This document shows, one piece after another, positions 18,834 through 31,400 of a DNA stretch of 64,000 nt. The translations under genes and the position numbers were made by a program. The stretch comes from Chamaesiphon sp. (lineage in GTDB: Bacteria > Cyanobacteriota > Cyanobacteriia > Cyanobacteriales > Chamaesiphonaceae), in contig CBDFFH010000009.1 of the NCBI GenBank assembly GCA_965246715.1, positions 1 to 64,000 on the forward strand. The letters are read 5' to 3'. The notes under the pieces are model-generated. The model was given only the letters and a program-made list of their open reading frames with translations. It was not told where the DNA came from and did no database searches. How positions within the stretch are numbered: the first letter of the stretch is position 1; each line of letters starts with the position of its first letter.

Positions 18834-21800
18834 ATGAAAGAATTTATAGAATTACCACCATACGAGGGAACTGAAAGTAGAAATGAAGATATCATTTATA
18901 GTTACTTTAGACGTGTTTTAAACCATAACGGCTACTCTTTTAAAGTTAAACGGACGGGATTTCCTGAGATTGATGCAATTGTACCCTCTCATAGTTCTGG
19001 CAACAAGGGTAAAGGTAGTTGTGACGGTTATATGTTCTCATCTACAAATTATCAATCTTTTTGTGGATTGATTGAGTTGGAGACGACAGGAAAGATAAAT
19101 TTAGGTATAAGTCAAATTCAAACTTATATAAAGGGTTTTAATTCAAAAAAACTCAGTGACGAAGAAAAAGATTTTGTAAAACGAATTGAATCCCGAAATA
19201 TATCACTCATAGTTTATGATGGGCAATTAATATATTTATCTATTTATAACTTAGACACAGAAAAAGAAAGCGTAGTTTTTGATAAGTTAAGTATTGAGCA
19301 AAATCGCACTGAAATTTCTACTAAAATCTATGAAATATTTAAAGGAAAAGAACAAATCGATAGAGAGGATGATGAGAAAAAATTAATAGAAGTAATTGCG
19401 ACTATAATTAGAGGTCACGAAAAACTTCAGAAAAATCAAGCTTTGTTAATGACTATTTTATCTTCGATATATGGGGTCACTAAAAAGTTTTCATATCTCG
19501 AAGCTAGAAAGAATCTGGAATCATCACAATTAGATTATGACACGAAACTTGCAGAGACATTGAAAGCATTTCTAGCAGATATTACTGAAATTAATGATGT
19601 TGCTAAGATTTCATTATTGTATGAAAGAGCTGCTCCAAAATTATTTGAGATGTCTCAAGACAAGGGAATAGACTTGTACGGTTTTATATATGAAGAATTA
19701 GCTAGCAAAGAAAACAAAAAGGAGCAAGGTGAGTATTATACTCCTAGAAATACAATTAGACCTTTTATTAGATCTGTATATACAAACTATTTAAATTGGA
19801 CTGTTGACGAAATAGAAGATAAAATTGTGTTCGATCCTTTTTGTGGTTCAGGTGGATTTCTTTATGAATATATACAATTAATTAAATCGCTATTTGACCT
19901 TTCAAAAAAAGAGATCGACAAAATTGCTAAAAAGACTATATGGGGCGCGGATAAAAGTAATGTTCTAGCAGCCTATTTAAACTTATTTCTCGCTGGAGAT
20001 GGTTCTGCAAATATTCAACGAGTAAAGACATCAATTAACTGGAAAAAGCAATTTTGTTATGAGAATAACACCAGGGCTATTTCATTCTAAAGAGGGTCTT
20101 AAGTGTGCTAAGACCAAAACCAGCGTTTCGTTGTGATTGAGCCATGTTATGGGAACCGTCATCGCGATATAAATTGAGGGCGAAGTTACGCGCAATTGCC
20201 CAGATTTGAATCAGTGGATTTGTGCGAATGCGGCAAGCATCCTCCCCTTGAGTGACATCGCGAACATAATGTACTTTATTCTCAACGCCCCAGTCACCAC
20301 GAATGCGAGTCGCAAAAGCGTTAGCAGTATCAATAAAAGAAGCAACATAATAGCGGGTTTCATGTGTTAATTCAAACATCCCCGCTCGGTTAACTTGACG
20401 TTCTGAATAGACTCGAATTAAGGTTTTCAGCCCTGGGAAATCAGGAATCCCTTTTAGATCGTGACTGATACTGACGGTACGTTTTTCAATGCGACCATGC
20501 CCTTTATCAATATGCTGTGTTGTTGCTTGCGGTTGAAAATTAGCTATGACTGCTTTGAGTAATCCTGATTGATTGCCTTTGAGTGCGCCTAGATAGTCGT
20601 TATTACTATCGACGATCGTTTGTGCAGTTGCTTGGTGCAACGCACGCTGAGGAAACCTCAGCGCGATTGCATCCGCTTTTTTTGGGTACTAATCGCATCA
20701 AAAGCAAACACTACTCCCTGTAATGCCATCTGTTTGATAAATGCAGGTATCGCCGTAATTTCGTTTGTTTTGGCATCTACTTCATAGGGTTCGAGAATCA
20801 ATATAGGGTTCGAGAATCAATCCTCGCTCTACGATATATGCTGTCACCAGCATAATTGCTGGATGTGAGTCCACTTTTGGATCGTGACTGATGGATTCAT
20901 CGGAGCCTCGCAGTACCTTCCCGTCCACGGCGATTGTTTCCCCTGCTAATGGCTCAATCCCAAAAAATCTAGCTAGGCAAGCTGAGTAGTCTTGTTCCGT
21001 CAGCCTTAGCAGCGCACGTCGAATCGTACTGTAAGATGGTAGGCGTTCTTTAGCTGGTTTAAACAACTCCATTAATTCCGTCTCATAGGCTTTTAGCCAA
21101 TCTCCAATCGCCAGGAATCCTCGATTTCCCGCTGTCACCGCCAGCGTAAATAAAGCTAAACACAATGCTTGTTGATGGCGTTGTCCTGCCGTTCTTCTGG
21201 TGTCTGGCAGGTTCATAAACGCTTCGACAATGGCAAGTTGAGACATCAGGGCGGATCGCTACATTCAAAATCACTCCCATACCATATCAGTTCTTCGATT
21301 AGAATGAAATAGCCCTGGGGGTAACACAGTTCAAAAATTTAAAATAAATAAAATAACAGATCAAAATTTAATCTCACAAAACTTAAAATTCTCTATATCT
21401 GATATACAATTTTTAACAAAGTTATATGTTTCTACTGAATTTAAATTTGATTTAGAAGATATTGATATTTACTTGAGTAATGAATCAACAAATCCTTTAG
21501 AAGACTTAATAATTAAACAATTAAATTATCATAAAACAGGTAAAACTATAGATAACTTAGGGAATGTTGACTTGTTAGTTACTAATGTACCTTATGGAAA
21601 AGTAACTGAGGCTAATGAACAAGTAATTGAAAATGGAGAACCAATTTATAAGAACTCCTTAGAAGCAAATGGATTAAGAGAATGTATAGATTTTTTAAGA
21701 CCTGCTGAGACAAAAAATGGAAGAGAAATTAAAGAAGGCGGTATTGCAATTGTCATAGTTCCAGATTCCATTTTAGAAAATCCTTCAAACAAAGTAATTC

Positions 21801-22143
21801 GTGACTATTTAGTATCTCGGTGCAATGTACTGGGTATTATTGGATTACCTCCATATACATTTTCTCCTTATGCAATGGAAAAAACCTATGTTATTGTTTT
21901 TCAGAAAATTGCGCCTGAAAAATTTGATATTAATAGAAACCTAGATTTGCCGTGTTTTATGCACTATTCCTTGTGTGATGGAAAAGCTAATTCACAAAAT
22001 AGATTCATCACAGATTTAATAGAAGAAGTTAGTATTAAAACCAAGGATGGGAAAGAAAAAAAGGTTTTGCAATATATTCACAATGATTTTGAATCTTGCT
22101 TTGACACATTTGATTCAAAAAGTTGGATTTACAAGTCTAAGCT
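18834..22143 (+). pseudogene. N6-adenine MTase with N-terminal nuclease-like domain (type IIG/I-like), split by ISAs1 and truncated by ISKra4
   Basis: GEYYTP, FDPFCGSGGF (motif I), TNVPYG (motif IV). Removing 20072-21327 restores one continuous frame. Confidence 0.85.
20072..21317 (-). mobile_element. ISAs1-family IS, damaged
   Basis: TIR CAGGGCTATTTCATTCTAA; IAVDGKVLRG, WGVENKVHYVRD motifs; 19-bp tandem duplication near 20784-20820; 48-nt insertion at 20628-20675; TAACAC duplicated in the flanks. Confidence 0.9.
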
Positions 22144-23369
22144 GGGAGCATCCCACTTTTTATTAGTTTTATGTAGATAAAGCGTATGTACTAGTATGGC
22201 GATCGAGAAATCTGGTGAAAATAGCAGCAGAGGGAGCATAATCTTGAGATAATGGGGTCAAGTAAACTAAGGTAGTGTAATGAGTCCAGAAGAGCAAAAA
22301 GAACTCGATCGACACACAAAAGCTATTGCCAAAATATTGTATAAAAATACACCAAAAGAAGAACTAACAAGCTTAGGAAAAATCGAAGAAGCGGTGAGAG
22401 CGAGAATGCAAGAGTATGTGATGCCATCCGTCGGAATTTTTTTATCGAAAATGTCACAGTCGAAACTGGAGGATATAAAAGACAGATCCAAAGCATAATT
22501 GGAGAATTAGCAATCACAAGCAAACAGGCAGCCAAGCTAAATATCAAAAGTCATACCCAAATCAGTCCGTATTTGGAAGCTTGTTGCTTGCGTATAAGTG
22601 CATCAATTTCTTACGAAAGGACAACAGAGGAAGTCAAATATTTAACTGGAGTGGAGATATCAAAAAGTGCCCAACAGAGGTTAATTCACAGACAAGAATT
22701 TGAATTGCCTCAAGCTGAGACACCCGTGGCAGAATTGAGTGTAGATGGGGGGAATATTCGAGTGAGAACCCCAAAGGGAGAGGTGTGTAGCTGGAAAGGA
22801 TACAAAGCAACAGTACTACATCAACAGCAAAAAATTGCATCATCATTTCAAGAAAATGAGACGATCGTTAATTGGGTAAATAGTCAAGAATTAGCTCCAG
22901 TTGTTACTTGCTTAGGTGATGGCCATGACGGGGTATGGAATATCATCAAGGAATTTGTACCTATTGGTGAAAGAAGAGAAATTCTCGACTGGTTTCATTT
23001 GATGGAAAATCTCCATAAAATTGGCGGTTCCAACCAAAGATTATTTGCAGCCAGAGAATTACTCTGGTACGGAAAAGTTGATGAGACGATTAAGTTGTTT
23101 GGTGATTGTAATCTCAAGCAAGCTGAAAACTTTTGTGCTTATTTAGAGAAACATCGTCATCGGATAATTAATTATTATTATTTTCAAGCCGAACAAATCT
23201 GCTCTATTGGTTCTGGTTCCATTGAGTCTACAATTAAACAGATCGATCGCCGGACTAAAATTTCTGGAGCGCAGTGGAAATCTGAAAATGTTCCTCAAGT
23301 ATTAGCGCATCGCTGCGCCTACCTCAACGGGTTAATTTGCGACCGCTAAATAAAAAGTGGGATGCTCCC
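22144..23369 (+). mobile_element. ISKra4-family IS, copy 1 (1226 bp)
   Basis: TIR GGGAGCATCCCACTTTT; ELSVDGG, LGDGHDGVW, IGSGSIES; two-ORF frameshift organisation; no TSD. Confidence 0.9.
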
Positions 23370-25305
23370 CTCGGTAATCGGCTGGGTTGGTGAGAATACC
23401 GACGGTGATCGTGCTGTTACTAATTTTAGGCTTTGTCAAATAGTCCCAAGACTTAATACTTATACCTAGAAGTACTAACCCAACTAAAGAACCTATTATT
23501 TTAAAATTCTTGGTTTGTAGTTTTTCTTTTAACCGTTCAGCTTCAGCTTGTTCTTGTAACCTTATAACTTCAGCTTGTTCTTGTAACCTTATAACTTCAG
23601 CTTGTTCTTGTAACCTTATAACTTCAGCTTGTTCTTGCAACCTTATAACTTCAGCTTGTTCTTGCAACCTTATAGCTTCAGCTTGTTCTTGCAACCTTAT
23701 AGCTTCAGCCTGTTCTTGCAACCTTATAGCTTCAGCCTGTTCTTCTGTCTCTAGAAGCATCAATGCTTCGAGAGCTTCACCAGCACTTGCATACCGCTCC
23801 CTAAAGTCATATTCAACCATCTGACTTAATATATTTTTTAGATCCAAACTAATATCTGGCGCAAGATCTTGCCAAATGAGATTCTCATCATGGTCGAACG
23901 AAAGTTGAGGTAGAGCGATACCAGTAGATGCTTGAATCGCAATGACACCTACTGCATATATATCGCTACTCATTTTTGGACGACCGCTTATCTGCTCGTG
24001 AGGCATATAGCCTGGAGTGCCAATTGTCGTTCCGGCTTGACTAGTTGCTTGATTGACTACTTCCTTTACCGCCCCAAAATCAATTAATGAGATCTTGCCA
24101 TCAACATCACGTCGAATTAAGTTATCTGGCTTTAAATCTCGGTGAATAATATTTTGTTGATGGACATAGGCTAGAGGCATAAGCACATCAACAAGTAGTT
24201 TCCTAATGTACTGCTCATTTTTCTTGTCTCCGGCTTTTAATTCTTGGGAAAGGGTTACTCCTACTACTAAATCTTGAACTATATAGAAATGACCATTCTC
24301 CTCAAACTGAGCAGATAACCTGGGGATAAAATCATTAGTAAGTCTGGCTAAACATTCGGCTTCTTGCGTGAATTTAGTTCGTGCAATATCTATGCTCTTT
24401 TGCTCAATATTTACAGGATTGAACTGTTTAATTACGAATTCTTTTTGACCTGGAAAGTCTCTGTTTTTTGCAATATAAGTAACACCAAAGCTACCTATGC
24501 CGAGCTACTTTACTATTTCATATCGATCGCGTAGTAATGTACCAACTTCTAACGCATCAATTTTAACTCGTGCCATGATATTCTCCTCTTGTTGGTGCGA
24601 TCGAATAATTGTTGCTTGTTTCTCGGTTGGAGTCATCCGAATAGCCTGTTGTTCTATTTCTTCAAGTCTTTTGGTAACAGCATCTTTTTCTTGTAGCTCT
24701 TGCTCCAGTAGCTGTTTTAACTCTTTGATTTCCGTAAGTTGTCGATCGACATCAGCTCTTTCATTATTTTCTACTGATAATAGGTAAAGCTCTTTTTCAT
24801 TTAGTCTATCTGCCAATGCTTGATTTACTTCCTTAATAGAAGATAACTCTTGAGCCGTTTTCTCCCATTCAATTACTGGATCTGGCGGCAGCACAAATGG
24901 ATTGAGCTTGCATTTGTCTACATAGGTGTGATAGAACCAGCAGGCTAGCTGATGAGCATATTTCAACACTCTTAAAGCTTGGCTATAATCGTTTAGACCG
25001 TGATGATTAGCACGATTACCTTCTTTTCTGATCTGATGAAAAAGATCGCTTGAATTCTGCTTCAAAAGACCATTAAGGCTTAATCGCCGAAGCAAAATCT
25101 CTTGAGATTCACCTCGATCGATCGACTCACCATTTCTAGCAGCAATTTCCTGCGCTAGTAACTCACCAAACTGACGGAGCTTGATCAGACAACTGTTCGG
25201 ATCTGAATGTAGGTATCTCTCTGCTTGATGTGCAAAGCAATGCAGAAGATCCAAGTCGGGAGCAACATCAGCCAAGAAAGAGAAGTTAACTGAGCGATTA
25301 GTCAT
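23370..25305 (-). pseudogene. DUF4145/HsdR-N-like + coiled coil + Ser/Thr kinase + tandem repeat + TM + truncated extracytoplasmic domain
   Basis: One reading frame broken by a single TAG at 24505-24507. LGIGSFG, VIKQF, HRDLKPDN, IDFG, GTPGYMP kinase motifs. 3' end cut by ISKra4. Confidence 0.8.
23542..23743 (-). repeat. 27-bp coding tandem repeat x7 (AE[A/V]IRLQEQ)
   Basis: Directly visible unit TTCAGCTTGTTCTTG(T/C)AACCTTATA(A/G)C. Confidence 0.95.
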
Positions 25306-25459
25306 CTGCGGAAGTAGTCAATAACTAGACACTACGATATACTCGCTCCCAAGCTCTAAATCAGGACAAAACCAAGCGAGTATTAGCTGTACCAATCGGT
25401 CTCAAAGCGATATACTGGGTAGATCGTTGCTACGAGCGTCCCTGTTTCTATTAATCACA

Positions 25460-26413
25460 GTGCAAAAATCGATATTCTCCGCCGCTTTGACAGCAGCAGC
25501 CATCTTCTCCGTCGGATTCAAAGAGCCAGAAATACCAGCCCCGCTAACTCAGCAGCAGCTTAACGAGCAATCCATGCTAGCAATTAACTGGGTTCAGTAA
25601 TCTGGTGAATATGCCGCACTGACTCACCAAGCATTTAATACAGCTAGGACGATTTTTGACTATGCACGCTCTCAAAAAATCTCTAATCTGGCAGTTATTG
25701 TCGATATCGATGAGACAGTACTGGATAATAGCCAATATCAAGCAGGATTAATTGATACTAATAATCGTTTTACTTCGAGTAGTTGGAATCAATGGATTGC
25801 AGCTAAAAAAGCTGTAGCGGTACCAGGAGCGATCGAGTTTGTTAACTATATTAATACTCATGGTGGTAAAGTATTTTTTATTACCGACCGAGCCAAATTT
25901 AGCCAAAAAGATGGTATAGGAAACGATCTAGAAATTTTGACAATCGACAATCTGAAATCTCTAGGTTTTACTGGTGTAGATCCCACTACCGTCATCCTCA
26001 AAGGCGAATTCACCAGAACGATCGCAGGTAAAATCGATACCTCGAAAGAATGGCGTAGATTAGCCGTAGTTAACGGTCAAGCAGATGATAAGCCGCATAA
26101 TGTAGTGGCAACAATCGGCGATAATCTTAACGATCTTGACGATCGCTCTGGGAAAACTAATTCAGAGCGACGAGCCTATGTTGAGAGCATCAAAAACCGC
26201 TATGGCTCGATCGGTAAAATCGTCGATCGGCAGATCTTAGAGCCAGCATATATTACCCTCCCCAATCCCATGTATGGAGCTTGGGAGCTGGGCATATATA
26301 ATCCTCAAGCACTAGGTAAACAGCAACTGAGCGAACTTAGCCCATCTCAACTCAATCAGCAGCGAAAACAAGCATTAAGCCGCTGGTTACATCCTGCCTC
26401 TAAACAGCCTTAG
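25460..26413 (+). pseudogene. Class C acid phosphatase / 5'-nucleotidase e(P4) family, nonsense-disrupted
   Basis: WVQ*SGEY (TAA at 25598-25600), VDIDETVLDN, IGDNLND, LPNPMYGAWE motifs in one frame. Confidence 0.85.
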
Positions 26414-26417
26414 CAAG

Positions 26418-26621
26418 TCACTTGAGATACTTCTCTATAACTCTGGCAGAGACGCGACCATCCTCACTCAGAGTAGGTTTATCGATCGGGTGCAGGGCTA
26501 GCTCCATGATTTTATCTAGGTGAATGCCCCAATCAGGCCCCGCAGTGATATCACAACCACATTCCTCCTCTAATCTAGCCATTTCCCGCGCTTCCGCTTC
26601 AGTAATTCTAAATTCCATCAT
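26418..26621 (-). CDS. Small hypothetical protein downstream of abiEii
   Basis: Overlaps the abiEii stop. Confidence 0.45.
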   Translation of the reverse strand: MMEFRITEAEAREMARLEEECGCDITAGPDWGIHLDKIMELALHPIDKPTLSEDGRVSARVIEKYLK

Positions 26622-27666
26622 TTATCCCCTTATCATTAACCAGTAACTCCAACTCAGCCAAGCTCCTCACAATATCCTCAAACGCAGGCACATCCCCAGT
26701 CATCATCTCCTGCATCGCCAGATAGTCTCGCTGTACAATCGCCAATAATTCCCCAGTAGGCACTACAAACAACGAACCTGGCACAGCCTCATCAAATTTC
26801 TTCCAAGCCGCATTAAAGAAATTCAACTTGTGCTGGCGCACCTTCTCCCGCAAATCATCGTTACTTACAGCCAGCTTCCCAATCTCGGAGTTATAAATCT
26901 TCGCCACATCATAATAATGCCGTGACGATCGTTGTGGATCGCTAGTGAAGGAATGCTTGTCTCGATACCCACAGTACCAGCCATGTAGAATAAACACCTT
27001 ATCCCAGAACGTTCTCTGAGCATCAATTGTAATCACATTAGCAACTGAGAAATTCCAAGCTGGCAGAGTGTTAGCAATCAAGGGTTTAATCCGATGAGCC
27101 TGATGTGGATCGACAGCGGAACGACCACCACCTTCGAGCTTAACTTTGGGCTGAACATAAGCCCTGGCATCTGGAGTAAATAGGCTGGGGTATGAAAATA
27201 GCAACGTCGATCGATCCTGAACGTCTGGATCTACAGCTACCGAGCATCCTGCGAACAAATCGACTACTATTTTGTCAATATCTTCCTTCAATTGCTGGGA
27301 GATGTAGTCACCTGTTTTGGACTTAATTTCCTCAGCCAATTGCTTCTTTTTCTTACCCGACAAATTTGATGCCGCTAACTCCGTCTCACCAGGAAAACCC
27401 AGATCCTCAGCAAAAATCGTAAAGTCCACATCCTCAGAGAATCGATCGATCAGACCATAAACTTTAGACAGCGAAGTACCACCTTTAAACAAGATGCGTG
27501 GATGCTCTGGTGGCAAACCGTTGTAGAGAATATCCAAGACACAACAAACCCAGAAATCTTTCTCTACATAACTTGCTAGGGTACCCAGTTGTGTAGCTTC
27601 CGCCTCAAAAATATCTTGACGGTCGATCTCAGATAAGTTTAGAAACTTCTGAAATTCCTGATTCAT
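26608..27666 (-). CDS. abiEii: AbiEii/AbiGii nucleotidyltransferase toxin (type IV TA)
   Basis: VEKDFW, FKGGTSLSK, RFSEDVD, RHYYDV motifs. Confidence 0.9.
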   Translation of the reverse strand: MNQEFQKFLNLSEIDRQDIFEAEATQLGTLASYVEKDFWVCCVLDILYNGLPPEHPRILFKGGTSLSKVYGLIDRFSEDVDFTIFAEDLGFPGETELAASNLSGKKKKQLAEEIKSKTGDYISQQLKEDIDKIVVDLFAGCSVAVDPDVQDRSTLLFSYPSLFTPDARAYVQPKVKLEGGGRSAVDPHQAHRIKPLIANTLPAWNFSVANVITIDAQRTFWDKVFILHGWYCGYRDKHSFTSDPQRSSRHYYDVAKIYNSEIGKLAVSNDDLREKVRQHKLNFFNAAWKKFDEAVPGSLFVVPTGELLAIVQRDYLAMQEMMTGDVPAFEDIVRSLAELELLVNDKGINDGI

Positions 27667-28286
27667 ATAGCTAAATCCGAATCACTACAGACCTTTCTGG
27701 CGATCGATGCCATCCAACCAGGTAAAAGATCGAGATCTTGCTGAAGGTCTTGCTTCACATCATCAGGCAGCTTTGCCCGCATTAAAGCGATCGTATCTGG
27801 CGCAGACGCGATCGCCTTGTCCAACCACAAAACCGCCGCCACAAACTGTCCACCTGGACGATCTGCCCAAGCCATCGCCTTTTGACTAACGTGCTGGAGA
27901 TAAACCTTGCGGTTGCCCACTTGCACCGTTTTAGTCTTACCACTACTGATATAAGACGGTCTGGCAGGCACAGCATTAGTCAAGCCCAGAGCATTGGCAA
28001 CTGCAATCCCATTGGGCATCAACTGAATTCGATCGCGTCTGCTAATAGCTTCGATCGTCGCATCCAGATTCGGTGGTGCAGAACCCTGCAAAATTTTGCT
28101 CTGGCGGGGAAAGTCGTAAAAACCTCGCCCAATTCGCCGTAGTTGCCCACTCACGACCAATCTAGACAATGCTCGATCGATTGCCGCACGACTACCCAAA
28201 TCGAGGAAATCTTTGGGCGTAAATACCCCATTTCCGCGACCTCGCACTCGAACTTTGTCCATAACTCGATCTGCTGTACTCTTCAT
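27663..28286 (-). CDS. abiEi: AbiEi-like (DUF6088) antitoxin/regulator
   Basis: VFTPKDFLDLGSRAAIDRALSRL wHTH; ANALGLTNAVP; 4-nt overlap with the toxin. Confidence 0.85.
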   Translation of the reverse strand: MKSTADRVMDKVRVRGRGNGVFTPKDFLDLGSRAAIDRALSRLVVSGQLRRIGRGFYDFPRQSKILQGSAPPNLDATIEAISRRDRIQLMPNGIAVANALGLTNAVPARPSYISSGKTKTVQVGNRKVYLQHVSQKAMAWADRPGGQFVAAVLWLDKAIASAPDTIALMRAKLPDDVKQDLQQDLDLLPGWMASIARKVCSDSDLAI

Positions 28287-28440
28287 GCTTGCTGAATTAA
28301 AGCAATCTCTTCTGTCAGAATAATACTGTATTTTTAGGGGCGGTGGCAAGCGTGTAATTACGGTCTATTTGCTACCAGCTTGGTAGCTTTAGCCTGTGGT
28401 CGTGGGCATATTAAGACTACATCGCTACAAGAAGCCCCTC

Positions 28441-31400
28441 ATGCTCGATATCTTCGCTCTTCGCAATCAAATTATCGACGACTATCATTGCTATATCAAG
28501 AGCTTTCTAAATATCAAAGATCCGAAGGTAACGGGCTTTGTACATGAAGAATTAGTCAAAGGCGAACTCTGGAAAGACCCGCTCATCCAACTAAACCCAG
28601 CCTACCAAAGGGGCGCAAGTATCGGGGAATTAATCGATCGAGATATCCTCCATCCTGACTGCGGTAAATACTTCAACAACTTCCAATTTTATCAGCACCA
28701 AGCTCAAGCCTTCGTCGCGGCTCAAAGTCAAAAGCCCTACGTTCCTACCACCGGAACGGGTTCGGGCAAAAGTTTGAGCTACGTCGTCCCAATTATCGAT
28801 GATATCCTCCGCAACCCAGAGATTAAGGGCGTGCGGGCGATTCTAGTCTATCCAATTAATGCCCTGATTAACTCCCAAAAAGAGGAGTTTGATAAATTCA
28901 TCAAACAGGTTGCCAATTCTCCCATTCGTGTCGAGCAATATACCGGACAAGAGAGCCTGGAACGCAAAACCGAGATTCAAAATAATCCACCCCAGATTAT
29001 CTTGACTAACTACGTGATGTTGGAATTGATGCTGACTCGCGTCCATGAAGCAAAATTTGTTGAGTCAGCAGATCTGAAATTTCTAGTCCTCGATGAACTC
29101 CATACCTATCGAGGCAGACAGGGTGCAGATGTCGCCAGGCTAGTGAGAAAACTCCGACAGCGCAGCGGACAAGATTTGCTCTGTATCGGGACTTCAGCCA
29201 CGATGTCCACCGAAGGAGATCGAGAGCATCGTCGTCAAACAGTTGCGGGAGTAGCGAGTAAGTTATTTGGGGTAGAGGTGACAACAACAAATGTCATCGA
29301 TGAAACCTTGGAACGGGCAATTAAACGCACTAGCTCAACGACGGAAGAGCTGCGGGATTTTATCCTAAGAAGGGCAATATACAACGACTAACGATCGACT
29401 CCTCTATCCTCTAGTTTTCTGTCGGGAATGTGGTCAAGATTATTATGTGGTTAAATTCGATCGAGATCGCGAATTAGTTACGCCATTGCTGCCTAACTCG
29501 ATCGATGCAGATGATGATGCGGCTGATGTTCAAGAAGGCTATTGAGTAGTGAAGGTAGAAGTACCGCAACTACCTTATTATCGATTTCCACTGTCAGCAA
29601 ACTCAAAGCCACTCTCCCTTCAGGCTCAACCGCAGCCAAAGTTCTCAGCTTTACCGATAGTCGTCAAGATGCTTCCCTCCAAGCCGGACACTTTAATGAT
29701 TTCGTTCAAACATCCTTCCTGCGAGCGAGTTTGGATGGAGCATTAAAAACATCAGGAGCATTAAATCAGAGCCAATTAGCGGCGGCGGTAGTCAAACAGA
29801 TGAGTTTAGCTCAAGCAGATTATGCCGAACAACCTGCTGAGTTTGGAGTTGGTAAGAAGAGAAATCAAGAGGCTTTCACACAATTAATTGAATATCGATT
29901 GTACGAAAATTTACGTCGTGGCTGGCGGATCGTTCAGCCTAATTTAGAACAGTGCGGGTTATTGCAGATTAATTATTTAGATCTGGAGTTAGCTTGTGCA
30001 GATAAAGATCTGTGGTTGAAACATAGCGATCCAATTCTGCTCAAAGCTACACCCGAAGAACGGTATCGAGCGATCTTACCCTTACTTAATTTACTCCGCA
30101 AAGAACTAGCGATCGATGCTAAATTTCTCCAAGCTGACGGGATTGAAGAACTCAAACGTAAGGTCAATCAAGCCCTCAAAGAACCTTGGACGATCGGTGA
30201 AACCGAAAATCTCCCCTCAGCATCTTGGGCGAGTCTGACTAAAGGCGAACCGAAAGATCGGACTAAAAATAAAGTCAAATTAACAGCTACCAGTAAAATT
30301 GGTAAATTTCTCCGTTCTCCTGCTGCTTGGTCATGGTTAAATGAGCCACTGAAAAACGATGTTTACGATCGACTAATCCACAATTTAATTAATGCGCTAT
30401 GCGATTCTGGCTATCTCACTCAACAAGGAACTGATGTCCAACTAAGGAGTGATTCAATCGTGTGGCAAGGCTGCAAGATTGATGCGATCGCACCAGATTT
30501 ACTAGAGAATAGATATTCCGCGATCGAACAGGTTGAATCCCGCCCAGTTAACAAATTCTTCCAAAAATTCTACATCGAAACTGCCAGCCAAATTCGCCAC
30601 ATGCGCGGACGCGAACATACCGGACAAGTACCAAATGACCTCCGCCAAGAACGGGAAGAAGATTTCCGCAAAGGTAAGCTTGCTACCCTATTTTGCACCC
30701 CCACAATGGAACTAGGCATCGATATTTCTGACTTGAGTGTAGTCCATCTGCGAAACGTCCCACCATCCCCCGCAAACTATGCCCAACGCAGCGGTAGAGG
30801 CGGGAGAAGCGGGCAAGAAGCAATGGTCATCACCTACGCCGCCGCAGGGAGCGGACACGACCAATATTTCTATCGCCACCAAGCTGCAATGGTAGCCGGA
30901 GCGGTTGCGCCACCAAAGTTAGAGCTAGCCAATCAAGATCTGATTAAATCCCACATCTACTCAGTCTGGCTGGGTTTAGCTGGGGTGCAATTTGGCGATT
31001 CGATGAATCAAATCCTCGATCTCGAACAACCCAAATATCCCCTCAAGGTAGATCTCCGCGCTCAGCTAGAGCGGATGGCACAGCCCATATTCCACCACAA
31101 TTGCGTCAACGCCACTCGATCGATCCTCTCCGATACTTTTTGTCAAACTGACCTAAATCGTGTCTCCTGGTACAATCCAGAGTGGTTAGAGCGAACGATT
31201 AGCAATGCCCTGAATGAGTTCGATAATTCATGCGATCGCTGGCGAGATCTCTATGATGGTGCTGTGAAGCAAAAGGCTGAGGCGCAACGAGTTCTCGATC
31301 GAGTCACCTCTGGAAAGGAAGCCAAAGAGGATAAAAATCGGGCAGATCGATCGTTTCAAGAAGCAAAAAATCAGATCGATCTCCTCGTCGGGCAAGGTGC

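Noticed and set aside
22280..22572. ISKra4 transposase split as pseudogenisation
   Set aside because: The same split at a T-run is present in all three identical copies, consistent with a programmed frameshift.
23542..23743. Regular 27-bp repeats as a CRISPR array
   Set aside because: Head-to-tail with no spacers, and in frame within the kinase gene.
24505..25600. In-frame TAG/TAA stops as recoding or read-through
   Set aside because: Different stop codons occur in several decaying genes; simple nonsense mutations are more parsimonious.
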